Source: a virus
Direction: 5' to 3' (one strand)
Virus record (IMG/VR): IMGVR_UViG_3300045988_040573
Length of the DNA: 41,536 nucleotides
Program-made: the position numbers and the translations under genes
Notes under the pieces: generated by a model
Seen by the model: the letters and a program-made list of their open reading frames with translations, nothing else
Databases searched by the model: none
What the model was told of the DNA's origin: nothing
Part shown: one piece after another, positions 25,942 to 33,394 of the stretch
Position numbering within the stretch: the first letter of the stretch is position 1
Layout of the letters: the number at the start of each line of letters is the position of its first letter

Positions 25942-27200
25942 TAGGAAGTGATACCATGATTTTTAGCGGAAGAAATCTCGTGAAGTACCCGTACAGCTGC
26001 TACGGTTACACGCGCGGCGGCGGAAAGACCTGGCACGGCGGCATTGACGTCTGCGGGTTGGATGACGACAAAATCCGCATGCCCGGCTACAACGGCAAGA
26101 GCATTGCAGGAACCGTTGTTACAGCCCGCATCGTGACAAACAAGAGCAACAAGACATGGGAATGGGGCTATTATATCTGCGTGAAGCTGGACGCAAACCA
26201 GACCCCGGACGCAGTGAATTACCTGTATTTTTGCCACTGCTCCAAGTTGCTTGCAAGCGTAGGGCAGAAAGTAAAGACTGGCGATGTGCTGGCGGTTGTC
26301 GGACAGACCGGCAACGCCGCAGGCACATGGACGCACTGCCACTTTGAAGTGCGAGCCACTGCCACGAGCAAGGGTCTTGACCCGACTGCGTATGCAGGCA
26401 TACCCAACAAGGCGGGCACATACGGTGGCCAGCCTGTGCAGCCCAGCGGCGAGGAAGTTCTGATTGATGTGTCTCACCATCAGGGCGCTATTGACTGGGC
26501 AAAGGTTCCCTACCGTGCCATTGTTCGCATCGGGTATCGCGGATACGGCAGCGGAAAGCTGATGAAGGACGAGCAGTACGATGCTAACCTTGCCGGGGCG
26601 AAATCAAGCGGAAAGCTGTTCGGCTTTTATTTCTTCTCGCAGGCGGTCACAGTGGACGAAGCCCGCGAGGAAGCTGATTTCTGCGCAAGCCTTGCCCCGA
26701 CAGGCTATCCCTTGTTCTTCGACAGCGAATGGGGACACACAACCAAGACCGGCGTTCACGATGGCCGCGCCGACAACCTGACGAAAGACCAGCGCACGGC
26801 AATTGCAATGGCATTTTGCGAAAAGGCCAAAGCGCACGGATTCACGGCAGGCATTTACACCTTTACGGCGTTCGCAAGCGCAAACATCGACTACACCTAT
26901 TTGTGTGAAGATTACATCGGATGGCTTGCCGACACGCGCACGAACTACGACACGAGCCTGCCACGATACATTCACCAGTATAGCCAGACCGCAGAGGGCG
27001 GCGTGCCGGGCATCACTGGCGTGGTTGATTTGAATCATCTGGTAAAGGCTCTGCCAGCGGTGGACAAGCCCGCAAGCAAGTTACAAGTGATTACCATCGG
27101 GCCGGTGACGCAGGGCGATGCAGACGCAATCTACTTGCTGTGCAAGGAACGCGGCCTGACGGATGCCGGGCTGTACAAATCTGAATGGGCGGAGGTATGA
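25938..27200 (+). CDS. Endolysin: M23 peptidase domain plus GH25 muramidase domain
   Basis: M23 motifs HGGID and THCHFEV. GH25 block IDVSHHQGAIDWAKV...GFYFFSQ...FFDSEWG. Confidence 0.85.
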   Translation: MIGSDTMIFSGRNLVKYPYSCYGYTRGGGKTWHGGIDVCGLDDDKIRMPGYNGKSIAGTVVTARIVTNKSNKTWEWGYYICVKLDANQTPDAVNYLYFCHCSKLLASVGQKVKTGDVLAVVGQTGNAAGTWTHCHFEVRATATSKGLDPTAYAGIPNKAGTYGGQPVQPSGEEVLIDVSHHQGAIDWAKVPYRAIVRIGYRGYGSGKLMKDEQYDANLAGAKSSGKLFGFYFFSQAVTVDEAREEADFCASLAPTGYPLFFDSEWGHTTKTGVHDGRADNLTKDQRTAIAMAFCEKAKAHGFTAGIYTFTAFASANIDYTYLCEDYIGWLADTRTNYDTSLPRYIHQYSQTAEGGVPGITGVVDLNHLVKALPAVDKPASKLQVITIGPVTQGDADAIYLLCKERGLTDAGLYKSEWAEV

Positions 27201-27553
27201 TGCCGATGCAGCATGTATTCTCGTTTACGCTTGCGGAGGCCTGGGCGTTTTTAATTTACGCGGCGGGCGCTGCCGCCGGACTGTATGCCGGGGGCGTGGC
27301 CATCAGCAAAGTCATCACCGCCGTAAAAAAGCCGAAGACCGACCAGGACAAACGCATTACCAAGCTTGAAGAGCGGGTGAACGCCATGGAGGGATTCTTG
27401 AAAAACGACAAACAGCGGCTTGACCGCATGGACGAGGGGCAGCGTGTGACCATGCAGGCGCTGCTTGCCCTGCTTGACCACAATCTGGATGGAAACAACA
27501 TTGACCAGATGCAGAAAGCAAAGAAAGATTTGCAAAAGCATCTGATCGGGTGA
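27200..27553 (+). CDS. Single-pass membrane, coiled-coil lysis-module protein
   Basis: One TM segment (WAFLIYAAGAAAGLYAGGVAI) followed by a coiled coil. There are four in-frame ATGs (27185-27206) and GGAGG at 27191, so the exact start is uncertain. Confidence 0.5.
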   Translation: MPMQHVFSFTLAEAWAFLIYAAGAAAGLYAGGVAISKVITAVKKPKTDQDKRITKLEERVNAMEGFLKNDKQRLDRMDEGQRVTMQALLALLDHNLDGNNIDQMQKAKKDLQKHLIG

Positions 27554-27569
27554 AAGAAGGTGCATATCA

Positions 27570-27764
27570 ATGGGCGATTTTTTGAAAAATCTTGCAGCGC
27601 TTATCAAGGTAAAAACCATTGTAACGCTTGTGGTGGTTGCGGTGTTTGCTACAATGGCCTTGCGAGGGGCACTGCAGGCTGACACGGTCATGACCATTGT
27701 GACAATGGTCGTGGCCTTTTATTTTGGCACACAGACCGAAAGCAAGAACAAGAAGGATGAGTAA
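27570..27764 (+). CDS. Holin (two TM segments, charged C-terminus)
   Basis: 64 aa with two hydrophobic helices and a KNKKDE tail, adjacent to the endolysin. Confidence 0.65.
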   Translation: MGDFLKNLAALIKVKTIVTLVVVAVFATMALRGALQADTVMTIVTMVVAFYFGTQTESKNKKDE

Positions 27765-27766
27765 TC

Positions 27767-27931
27767 ATGCCAAAGTTTGATTTTGTCGGTGGTTTGCTGA
27801 CCGATGAAGAAACAGATGTTTTGCAGCTTCGGCGGCGCGGCTGGCGCAATGCTGATATTGCGGCAGAACTGAATTGCAGCGAGCGCACGGTAAAACGGCG
27901 CGTACACAGCATCAAAAACAAAATAGGCTGA
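27767..27931 (+). CDS. Small LuxR/GerE-type (sigma region-4-like) HTH protein, 54 aa
   Basis: LTDEETDVLQLRRRGWRNADIAAELNCSERTVKRRVHSIKNKI. Not in the ORF track because it is under 60 aa. Confidence 0.55.
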   Translation: MPKFDFVGGLLTDEETDVLQLRRRGWRNADIAAELNCSERTVKRRVHSIKNKIG

Positions 27932-27935
27932 TTTA

Positions 27936-27975
27936 AAAGGCGCGGCTGCTTTTGTGGCCGCGCCTTTTTTATTTT
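27936..27975 (+). terminator. Rho-independent terminator (end of the late operon)
   Basis: 8-bp GC stem ggcgcggc/gccgcgcc followed by TTTTTTATTTT. Confidence 0.8.
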
Positions 27976-27980
27976 GTCCC

Positions 27981-28033
27981 AAAGACGGCACAATGTTGGC
28001 ACTTTACTGGCCTACGTTGTGCCGTCTTTTTTT
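27981..28033 (+). terminator. Second hairpin/terminator in tandem
   Basis: 13-bp stem aaagacggcacaa/ttgtgccgtcttt with a 23-nt loop, followed by a T-run. Confidence 0.55.
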
Positions 28034-28062
28034 GTACAATTTATATAAAAGGAGCGGTTCGG

Positions 28063-28440
28063 ATGGCATACAAGCAAATCAACCTAAACCCGGAACAAAA
28101 GCGCGTTGGAGATTGTACAGTCAGAGCCATTGCAGCCGCAACGCATCAAGAGTGGGCGACTGTATATGCGGCGCTTGTGCTGGCAGGATTTGAACTTCAT
28201 GATATGCCGTCTGCAAACTATGTCTGGGGCAGTTATCTGCGGCGATGTGGGTGGAAGCGCTACACGTTGCCAAATAGCTGCCCGGATTGTTACACAGTGG
28301 CGCAGTTTGCAAAAGACCACTCGGACGGCACGTATATTTTGGCAATGGCTACGCATGTTGTGTGCGTGCAAAATGGCGATTGGCTGGATACATGGGACAG
28401 CGGCGATGAAGTGCCGCTGTACTACTGGCAGAAAGGATGA
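28063..28440 (+). CDS. Putative papain-like cysteine peptidase/amidase (moron gene A)
   Basis: RBS aaaggag. Candidate triad of Cys in VGDCTVRAI, His in MATHVVCV and Asp in DTWDSGD. Confidence 0.45.
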   Translation: MAYKQINLNPEQKRVGDCTVRAIAAATHQEWATVYAALVLAGFELHDMPSANYVWGSYLRRCGWKRYTLPNSCPDCYTVAQFAKDHSDGTYILAMATHVVCVQNGDWLDTWDSGDEVPLYYWQKG

Positions 28441-28446
28441 TTGACT

Positions 28447-28917
28447 ATGGCGTTTGGCGTACCGTATCAGCCCGGCTATATGCCGAACTATTATCCAATG
28501 GGGCAGCAGATGCCGTCGGCCATGCCCGATCAGCTTACACAGCTCCGGCAAGCGGCATATCCGCAACAGCAACCGGCACAGCAAAGCTCGCCTATTATCT
28601 GGGTGCAGGGTGAAGAAGGAGCCAAAGCGTATATGGTGGCGGCAGGGAACAGCGTACTGCTGATGGACAGCGAAAACAGTACATTTTACATTAAGTCCAC
28701 CGATGCCAGCGGTATGCCGCAGCCATTGCGCGTTTTTGACTACTCGGAACGCACGGCAAGCCAGAAACAGCCCGCACAGACAGCGCAAAAATCGAAAGAG
28801 GAATATGTCACACGGCAAGAGTTCAACGCGCTGACAGCCCGCTTTGACGCGCTGGCGGCAGATAAACCTTTGACGCGCAAGAAAAAGGAGGCAGACAATG
28901 AGCAACCATCTGTTTAA
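28447..28917 (+). CDS. Hypothetical protein with a P/Q/Y-rich N-terminus (moron gene B)
   Basis: Low-complexity N-terminus (PYQPGYMPNYYPMGQQMP), then a globular block IIWVQGEEGAKAYMVAAGNSVLLMDSENSTFYIKSTD. Confidence 0.5.
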   Translation: MAFGVPYQPGYMPNYYPMGQQMPSAMPDQLTQLRQAAYPQQQPAQQSSPIIWVQGEEGAKAYMVAAGNSVLLMDSENSTFYIKSTDASGMPQPLRVFDYSERTASQKQPAQTAQKSKEEYVTRQEFNALTARFDALAADKPLTRKKKEADNEQPSV

Positions 28918-29116
28918 CGCTCTTGGCGGCGGCAAAATGCCGGGCGCAATGGGACAATTCCAGCAAATGATGCAGCAGTTTCAGCAGTTCCGCAATAACT
29001 TTCAGGGCGACCCCAAACAAGAGGTGGAAAAGCTGCTGCAATCCGGCAAGATGAGCCAGCAGCAGCTAAACCAGCTGCAAGCGATGGCGCAGCAGTTTCA
29101 GAGCTTTTTAAAATAG
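28898..29116 (+). CDS. Small Gln-rich protein (moron gene C)
   Basis: RBS aaaaaggagg. 72 aa with QFQQMMQQFQQF and QQQLNQLQAMAQQFQ. Confidence 0.5.
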   Translation: MSNHLFNALGGGKMPGAMGQFQQMMQQFQQFRNNFQGDPKQEVEKLLQSGKMSQQQLNQLQAMAQQFQSFLK

Positions 29117-29170
29117 GTTCAACCCGTGCGCACGGTGAACAATACATTCAACTTTTGAAAGGAGTTAAAC

Positions 29171-29947
29171 ATGAGTCTTTCTTCGGACGGCACTGTTATG
29201 ACAATGCCTGTGCAGCCCGCTAATACGGGCAATGGTAACGGCTGGGGCTTTGGCGGCGACGGTGCGTGGTGGATTATTATTCTCTTCCTATTCGTTTTCT
29301 GCGGCTGGGGCGGTAACTGGGGCAATAACGGATTTGGCGGCGGTAATGGTGCTGGCGTTATGGATGGATACATCCTTACAAGCGACTTTGCCAACATCGA
29401 ACGCAAGATTGACAACGTAAACAACGGCCTGTGCGATGGTTTCTATGCACAGGCGCAGCTTGTAAACGGCGTGCAGAACGCTATGCAGCAGGGCTTTATG
29501 AGCGCCGAAATCAGCCGCGCCAATCAGCAGGCGGCATTTATGCAGCAGCTCAACGCCATGCAGATGCAGCAGGCTAATTGCTGCTGCGAGACCCGCGAGG
29601 CCATCCAGGGCGTAAACTACAACCTTGCTACGCAGGCTTGCGACACGCGCCAGACCATTCAGAACGGCACTCGGGACATCATCGAAAACCAGAACGCGAA
29701 CGCCCGCGCTGTGCTTGACGCACTGACGGCGCAGCGCATTGAGGCTAAAGATGCCAAGATTGCCGAGCAGAACCAGCAGCTTTTTGCCGCACAGCTTGCC
29801 GCAAGTCAGGCTGCGCAGAATGAAACGCTGAAAGCCTATATGAGCGGGCAGCTTGCTTACTACAACCCCCGCCCTGTTCCGGCTTTCCCCGTTCCTGCTC
29901 CGTATCAGTATGGGAATTGCGGCACCTGCAACGGCTGCGGATGCTAA
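29171..29947 (+). CDS. Gly/Trp-rich membrane protein with a Q/N-rich coiled coil and a Cys-rich C-terminus (moron gene D)
   Basis: RBS gaaaggag. GNGNGWGFGGDGAWWIIILFLFVFCGWGGNWGNNGFGGGNG (YjcZ-like), a central CCC, and the C-terminus GNCGTCNGCGC. Confidence 0.6.
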   Translation: MSLSSDGTVMTMPVQPANTGNGNGWGFGGDGAWWIIILFLFVFCGWGGNWGNNGFGGGNGAGVMDGYILTSDFANIERKIDNVNNGLCDGFYAQAQLVNGVQNAMQQGFMSAEISRANQQAAFMQQLNAMQMQQANCCCETREAIQGVNYNLATQACDTRQTIQNGTRDIIENQNANARAVLDALTAQRIEAKDAKIAEQNQQLFAAQLAASQAAQNETLKAYMSGQLAYYNPRPVPAFPVPAPYQYGNCGTCNGCGC

Positions 29948-30010
29948 AAATTAATACGGCAACTTGTCGGAACATCTGACATGTTCGGCCCCGTGCCGAT
30001 AGTGCAAAAT

Positions 30011-30045
30011 GTGGCGGGGCAATCGTCCCGCCACTATCTTTTTTT
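30011..30045 (+). terminator. Rho-independent terminator after gene D
   Basis: Stem gtggcggg/cccgccac with an 8-nt loop, then tatcTTTTTTT. Confidence 0.75.
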
Positions 30046-30060
30046 GAAAGGAATGATTTT

Positions 30061-30483
30061 ATGGCTGAATTTACAAATGCCAATACCGTGAGCGTGGCAG
30101 CAGGCCAGAACGTGCCGCTTACGGAAACGGCAGTAGCGGGCAAGGGCTGTGTCGTACACAGAGAGAGCGCCGGTATTGTTACGCTGCGCGGCATTACGAA
30201 CCAGTGCAAAGCTCGTTTCAAAGTGGGATTTGGTGCAAACATTGCTATCCCTACCGGCGGCACAGTGGAAGCTATTACGGCTGCGCTTGCCATCAACGGC
30301 GAACCGCTGAACAGTGCGACTGCAACCGTGACACCGGCAGCAGTAGAAAACTTCTTTAATATCTATGTGACGTCTTTTGTTGAAGTTCCGCGCGGCTGCT
30401 GCCTGACCGTTGCCGCCGAAAATACAAGCACACAAACCGTTTTGTTTGCGAACGCAAACTTTGTGGTTGAGAGAGTGAGCTGA
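30061..30483 (+). CDS. BclA C-terminal domain / C1q-TNF-like jelly-roll protein (moron gene E)
   Basis: All-beta pattern: TVSVAAGQNVPLTE...GIVTLRG...FKVGFGANIAI...ALAINGEPL...LTVAAENTS...ANANFVVERV. Assigned by pattern recognition only. Confidence 0.45.
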   Translation: MAEFTNANTVSVAAGQNVPLTETAVAGKGCVVHRESAGIVTLRGITNQCKARFKVGFGANIAIPTGGTVEAITAALAINGEPLNSATATVTPAAVENFFNIYVTSFVEVPRGCCLTVAAENTSTQTVLFANANFVVERVS

Positions 30484-30495
30484 AAGGAGTAAACC

Positions 30496-30891
30496 ATGAG
30501 TAAAAGAGTTTTGTATGACTTGAAAGACATGCTATGCGCAGAACTGGACGAAATCGGAAAGAAGGGTGAAATGTCTGCCGGTGACTTGGAAACTGTTCAC
30601 AAGCTGACTGACACTATCAAAAATATCGACAAAATTGTCATGCTGGAAGATGACGGTTACAGCCGCGATGAGGATTACAGCCGCGATGGTGATTGGAGCG
30701 CCAACATGCGCGGCAATTACGGACGCGGCAGCAGCTATGCGCGGCGAGGTCAGCACTATGTGCGCGGGCACTACAGCATGGACGATGGGCGCGATTCACT
30801 GATTTCCCGCATGGAAGATATTATGCGCGGGGCTGACAGCAAAGACAGGGAAGTCATCCAGCGCTGCATTGACACGATGCGAAACGGTTAA
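30496..30891 (+). CDS. Hypothetical protein, helical ends and a D/R/Y/G-rich centre (moron gene F)
   Basis: RBS aaaggag. DDGYSRDEDYSRDGDWS...YARRGQHYVRGHYS. Confidence 0.5.
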   Translation: MSKRVLYDLKDMLCAELDEIGKKGEMSAGDLETVHKLTDTIKNIDKIVMLEDDGYSRDEDYSRDGDWSANMRGNYGRGSSYARRGQHYVRGHYSMDDGRDSLISRMEDIMRGADSKDREVIQRCIDTMRNG

Positions 30892-30908
30892 AGCGAGGTG
30901 TAAGGGCT

Positions 30909-31262
30909 ATGGTTGACGTGCGAGAGATTGACGGCGCTATAGCCGAAATCGAAAACAGCGAACTCACTATGACCAGAGTTAAAAATTTGGCAGCGCTGTA
31001 TGTTGTGAAAAATCAGCGTCTTGCAGATGCGTCCCATTCTCCGCAGAAAGCAGAACCGCAAGAGCCTGTTCGCTACTACGCAGCGGCAGAGCCGTCTACA
31101 AGGGCTGCTGTTGGCAGCAGTGACTTTTTACGGGCTGTGGCAAACGTAGACACCACAGCGGCGCTGAACGTGCTGGATGAGCTTATGTCGGCTTTATATG
31201 TGGCAAACCCTAAAGTTTATAATGGCGTAATGCGGAAATTGGAGCGTTTACAGGATGAGTGA
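30909..31262 (+). CDS. Hypothetical protein (moron gene G)
   Basis: RBS gaggtg. The C-terminal motif VLDELMSALYVANPKVYNGVMRKL is shared with gene H. Confidence 0.5.
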   Translation: MVDVREIDGAIAEIENSELTMTRVKNLAALYVVKNQRLADASHSPQKAEPQEPVRYYAAAEPSTRAAVGSSDFLRAVANVDTTAALNVLDELMSALYVANPKVYNGVMRKLERLQDE

Positions 31263-31392
31263 ATTTTTGGAGATTGTAAAAAAGGCCGATACCGGGCGAG
31301 TATGGCGTGTGCTGGATGAGTTTATGGATGCGCTGAAAGAAGTGAGACCGGATGTGTATAATGATTTGGTACACAGTTTGCAGAGAAAATAG
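31255..31392 (+). CDS. Small protein, 45 aa, paralogous to the gene G C-terminus (moron gene H)
   Basis: ATG overlaps the gene G stop. VLDEFMDALKEVRPDVYNDLVHSL. Not in the ORF track. Confidence 0.4.
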   Translation: MSEFLEIVKKADTGRVWRVLDEFMDALKEVRPDVYNDLVHSLQRK

Positions 31393-31396
31393 GTGA

Positions 31397-31417
31397 GTGT
31401 GTACTAAAACGTGTACT
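31397..31417 (+). repeat. attP left arm: two GTGT(GT)ACT integrase arm-type repeats
   Basis: gtgtgtact at 31397-31405 and gtgtact at 31411-31417. The same motif occurs twice on the right arm. Confidence 0.5.
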
Positions 31418-31426
31418 TGAAAAAGA

Positions 31427-31465
31427 AAATGCCGTAGATTGTAACGAATCTACGGCATTTGTTTT
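31427..31465 (+). terminator. Rho-independent terminator ending the moron cassette
   Basis: 14-bp stem aaatgccgtagatt/aatctacggcattt, loop gtaacg, then gTTTT. Confidence 0.75.
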
Positions 31466-31488
31466 GGTCGAGGTGACAGGACTCGAAC
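31465..31488 (-). other. attP core: 3' end of a tRNA gene (T-loop, T-stem, acceptor and CCA) on the minus strand
   Basis: The reverse complement reads GTTCGAGTCCTGTCACCTCGACCA. It has no 5' half, so it is a fragment and not a gene. It is adjacent to the integrase. Confidence 0.6.
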
Positions 31489-31590
31489 TATACACAATGC
31501 TTTTAGTTATTAAAAATATAGCGGTATATTGCTATATTATTTTGTTTTATCACATACTTTTTCTATTATTTCATACATTTAAGAAAAAAA

Positions 31591-31612
31591 GTGTGTACTT
31601 TTAGTGTGTACT
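31591..31612 (+). repeat. attP right arm: two GTGTGTACT repeats
   Basis: gtgtgtact at 31591-31599 and 31604-31612, in the same orientation as the left-arm copies. Confidence 0.5.
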
Positions 31613-31614
31613 TT

Positions 31615-32700
31615 TTAGTCCACCAATCTATCAAAGATTTCTTGTAGGTTTTGTGCTGTCCGTTCGTCATCTCCAGCGATGTAGTGAGAGTATGTGCCGT
31701 ATGTGTCCATATCCTCGCTATGCCCGACTAGCTGCTTTAATTCGCCAGTCGGCAACTCCTTTGCGATACTCACAAACGTGTGGCGCAGTTCGTAAAGACT
31801 CAGCTCCGGCATGTCATTAGAGCGCTGATAGCGCTGCCAGCGGTGGTAGTACGTGTGCATGGATGCCATGGGGAAGATGTACGTCTGCTTTCCAGTCACG
31901 GCTTTTTGAGCTTCCAGCACGTCCATTGCGCGTCTTGACAGCACTACCGTGCGCAATGCGTTTTCGTTTTTTCCCTGCGTGATTTGACCGTGCGCATTGA
32001 TTGCCTGCTTCAGTCTGCACAGATTCCCGTCAACGTCTTCCCATCGCAGCCCCCGCATTTCACCGGGGCGCATGCCTGTTAGCACCTGAAACCTATAATA
32101 ATTTATGTATTCATCATGCACAGATTTTCCGCGCATGATGGTCGTATCTACTTTTAGCAGCGTGTTGAGCGCTTCAACTGTCAGCACGTTCTTTCCTTTT
32201 TTTCTAGACGCTGCCGGAATCTGTAGCTCCTCAAGCTCAAGCGTTGTCCATTTCGATTTTCGGCAAAAATTCGTAAACTGCTTGCAGTAGCTTGCATAGT
32301 TTTGTAATGTCTTTTTGGATAAGGGCTCTTTGCTGTTCCCCTGTGGATGGCGAAACGCATAATCTATAATTTTTTGGAAATCCTGTTCCGTAACGGCTTT
32401 TACTGACTTGATCCCGATGGCTGGCAGCAAATGGGAGCGTCCGAACGATGCCATGTTTTTGTATTCTGCATCAGACACAAGTTTTTTCTGCTGTAGCAAC
32501 TGTTCCCATGCGTCAGAAACCTTAATCCGTTCCGTCTTTACGCCTATGTCAAGCCATTCATCTGCTTTTTTGTTAGCTTCCCTCTGGCCTGTGCGGCCCG
32601 GCTTGGCGCTGGTAAACGTCTTGCGCACTCCGTCCTTCTGCACGTTGATTTGCCAACGTCCGGCGCTTTCAATCCATTTTGCGGTATTAGTCCTTTTCAT
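31615..32700 (-). CDS. int: Tyrosine integrase
   Basis: Start MKRTNTAKW with RBS aggag. Motifs LTGMRPGEMRGLRWEDV, ELRHTFVS and LVGHSEDMDTYGTYSHY supply the R...HxxR...H...Y catalytic set. The upstream 72 codons of the listed ORF were rejected. Confidence 0.9.
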   Translation of the reverse strand: MKRTNTAKWIESAGRWQINVQKDGVRKTFTSAKPGRTGQREANKKADEWLDIGVKTERIKVSDAWEQLLQQKKLVSDAEYKNMASFGRSHLLPAIGIKSVKAVTEQDFQKIIDYAFRHPQGNSKEPLSKKTLQNYASYCKQFTNFCRKSKWTTLELEELQIPAASRKKGKNVLTVEALNTLLKVDTTIMRGKSVHDEYINYYRFQVLTGMRPGEMRGLRWEDVDGNLCRLKQAINAHGQITQGKNENALRTVVLSRRAMDVLEAQKAVTGKQTYIFPMASMHTYYHRWQRYQRSNDMPELSLYELRHTFVSIAKELPTGELKQLVGHSEDMDTYGTYSHYIAGDDERTAQNLQEIFDRLVD

Positions 32701-32800
32701 ATTGCGGCTCCTTTTTTTGTGTGTTATAATAATGCCGTCAACTTTTTGTGTTGACGGCCCTTTATCCCTTGCTGGTGTGGCACCACCGGCATGGGATTTT

Positions 32801-33394
32801 TTATTTTTCTCTTGCGTTATATTCGCCGTCACCTGCCAGAACGGCAGCTTCTCCGGCTTGCAGGCATATTTGCAGGCGGTCAAAGTCCGGCTTGATGCTT
32901 TCCGGGCATGGGTCATCCCCAGTTACGGTATCTATCCGGTAGTTCTGTATTACGGCCTGGCAGACGCGTACACGGCTTTGCATGGACGTATGCGCGTTAG
33001 CACACAGCAAATCTATTTGGCCCGCCCAATCGCTCCCGTGCGCCCCACAAAGGATATACAGCAGGCGGCGCTTGTACAGGCTCGGCATCTGAGCGATATA
33101 ATCAGAAAGTGCCTTGTCTACCTGCTCGTCCGTCCAGTTTGGAGTATCGGTATCGCTGAATGCAGACGGCATCCAGATGCGCTGCAGCCAGCGCCAGGGG
33201 GATTGTTTGCAGACGGTGAACCACATCAACAAATCATCGTTTCGGATAGGGGAAAGCCCATCTTCCCAGTTGCGCACCGTGCGGATGTTCACATCCATCT
33301 GCCTGGCTACATATTCTTGCGAAAGCCCGGATTCCAACCGGCACTGCGAAAGAATAAGTCCTTCACGTTCTCGGAAATCAGCTCTACTTTCCAT
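32801..33394 (-). CDS. XRE-family HTH protein with an uncharacterised C-terminal domain
   Basis: ESGLSQEYVARQMDVNIRTVRNWEDG forms the HTH, followed by a 130-aa Cys/Trp-containing domain. Confidence 0.6.
   Translation of the reverse strand: MESRADFREREGLILSQCRLESGLSQEYVARQMDVNIRTVRNWEDGLSPIRNDDLLMWFTVCKQSPWRWLQRIWMPSAFSDTDTPNWTDEQVDKALSDYIAQMPSLYKRRLLYILCGAHGSDWAGQIDLLCANAHTSMQSRVRVCQAVIQNYRIDTVTGDDPCPESIKPDFDRLQICLQAGEAAVLAGDGEYNAREK

Noticed and set aside
27091-27103. gcaagttacaagt inside the endolysin gene, the reverse complement of the acttgtaacttgc motif of the 5943-5964 repeat cluster.
   Set aside because: It is a single 13-nt match inside a coding region and could easily be chance. 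There is no accompanying inverted partner or promoter-like context.
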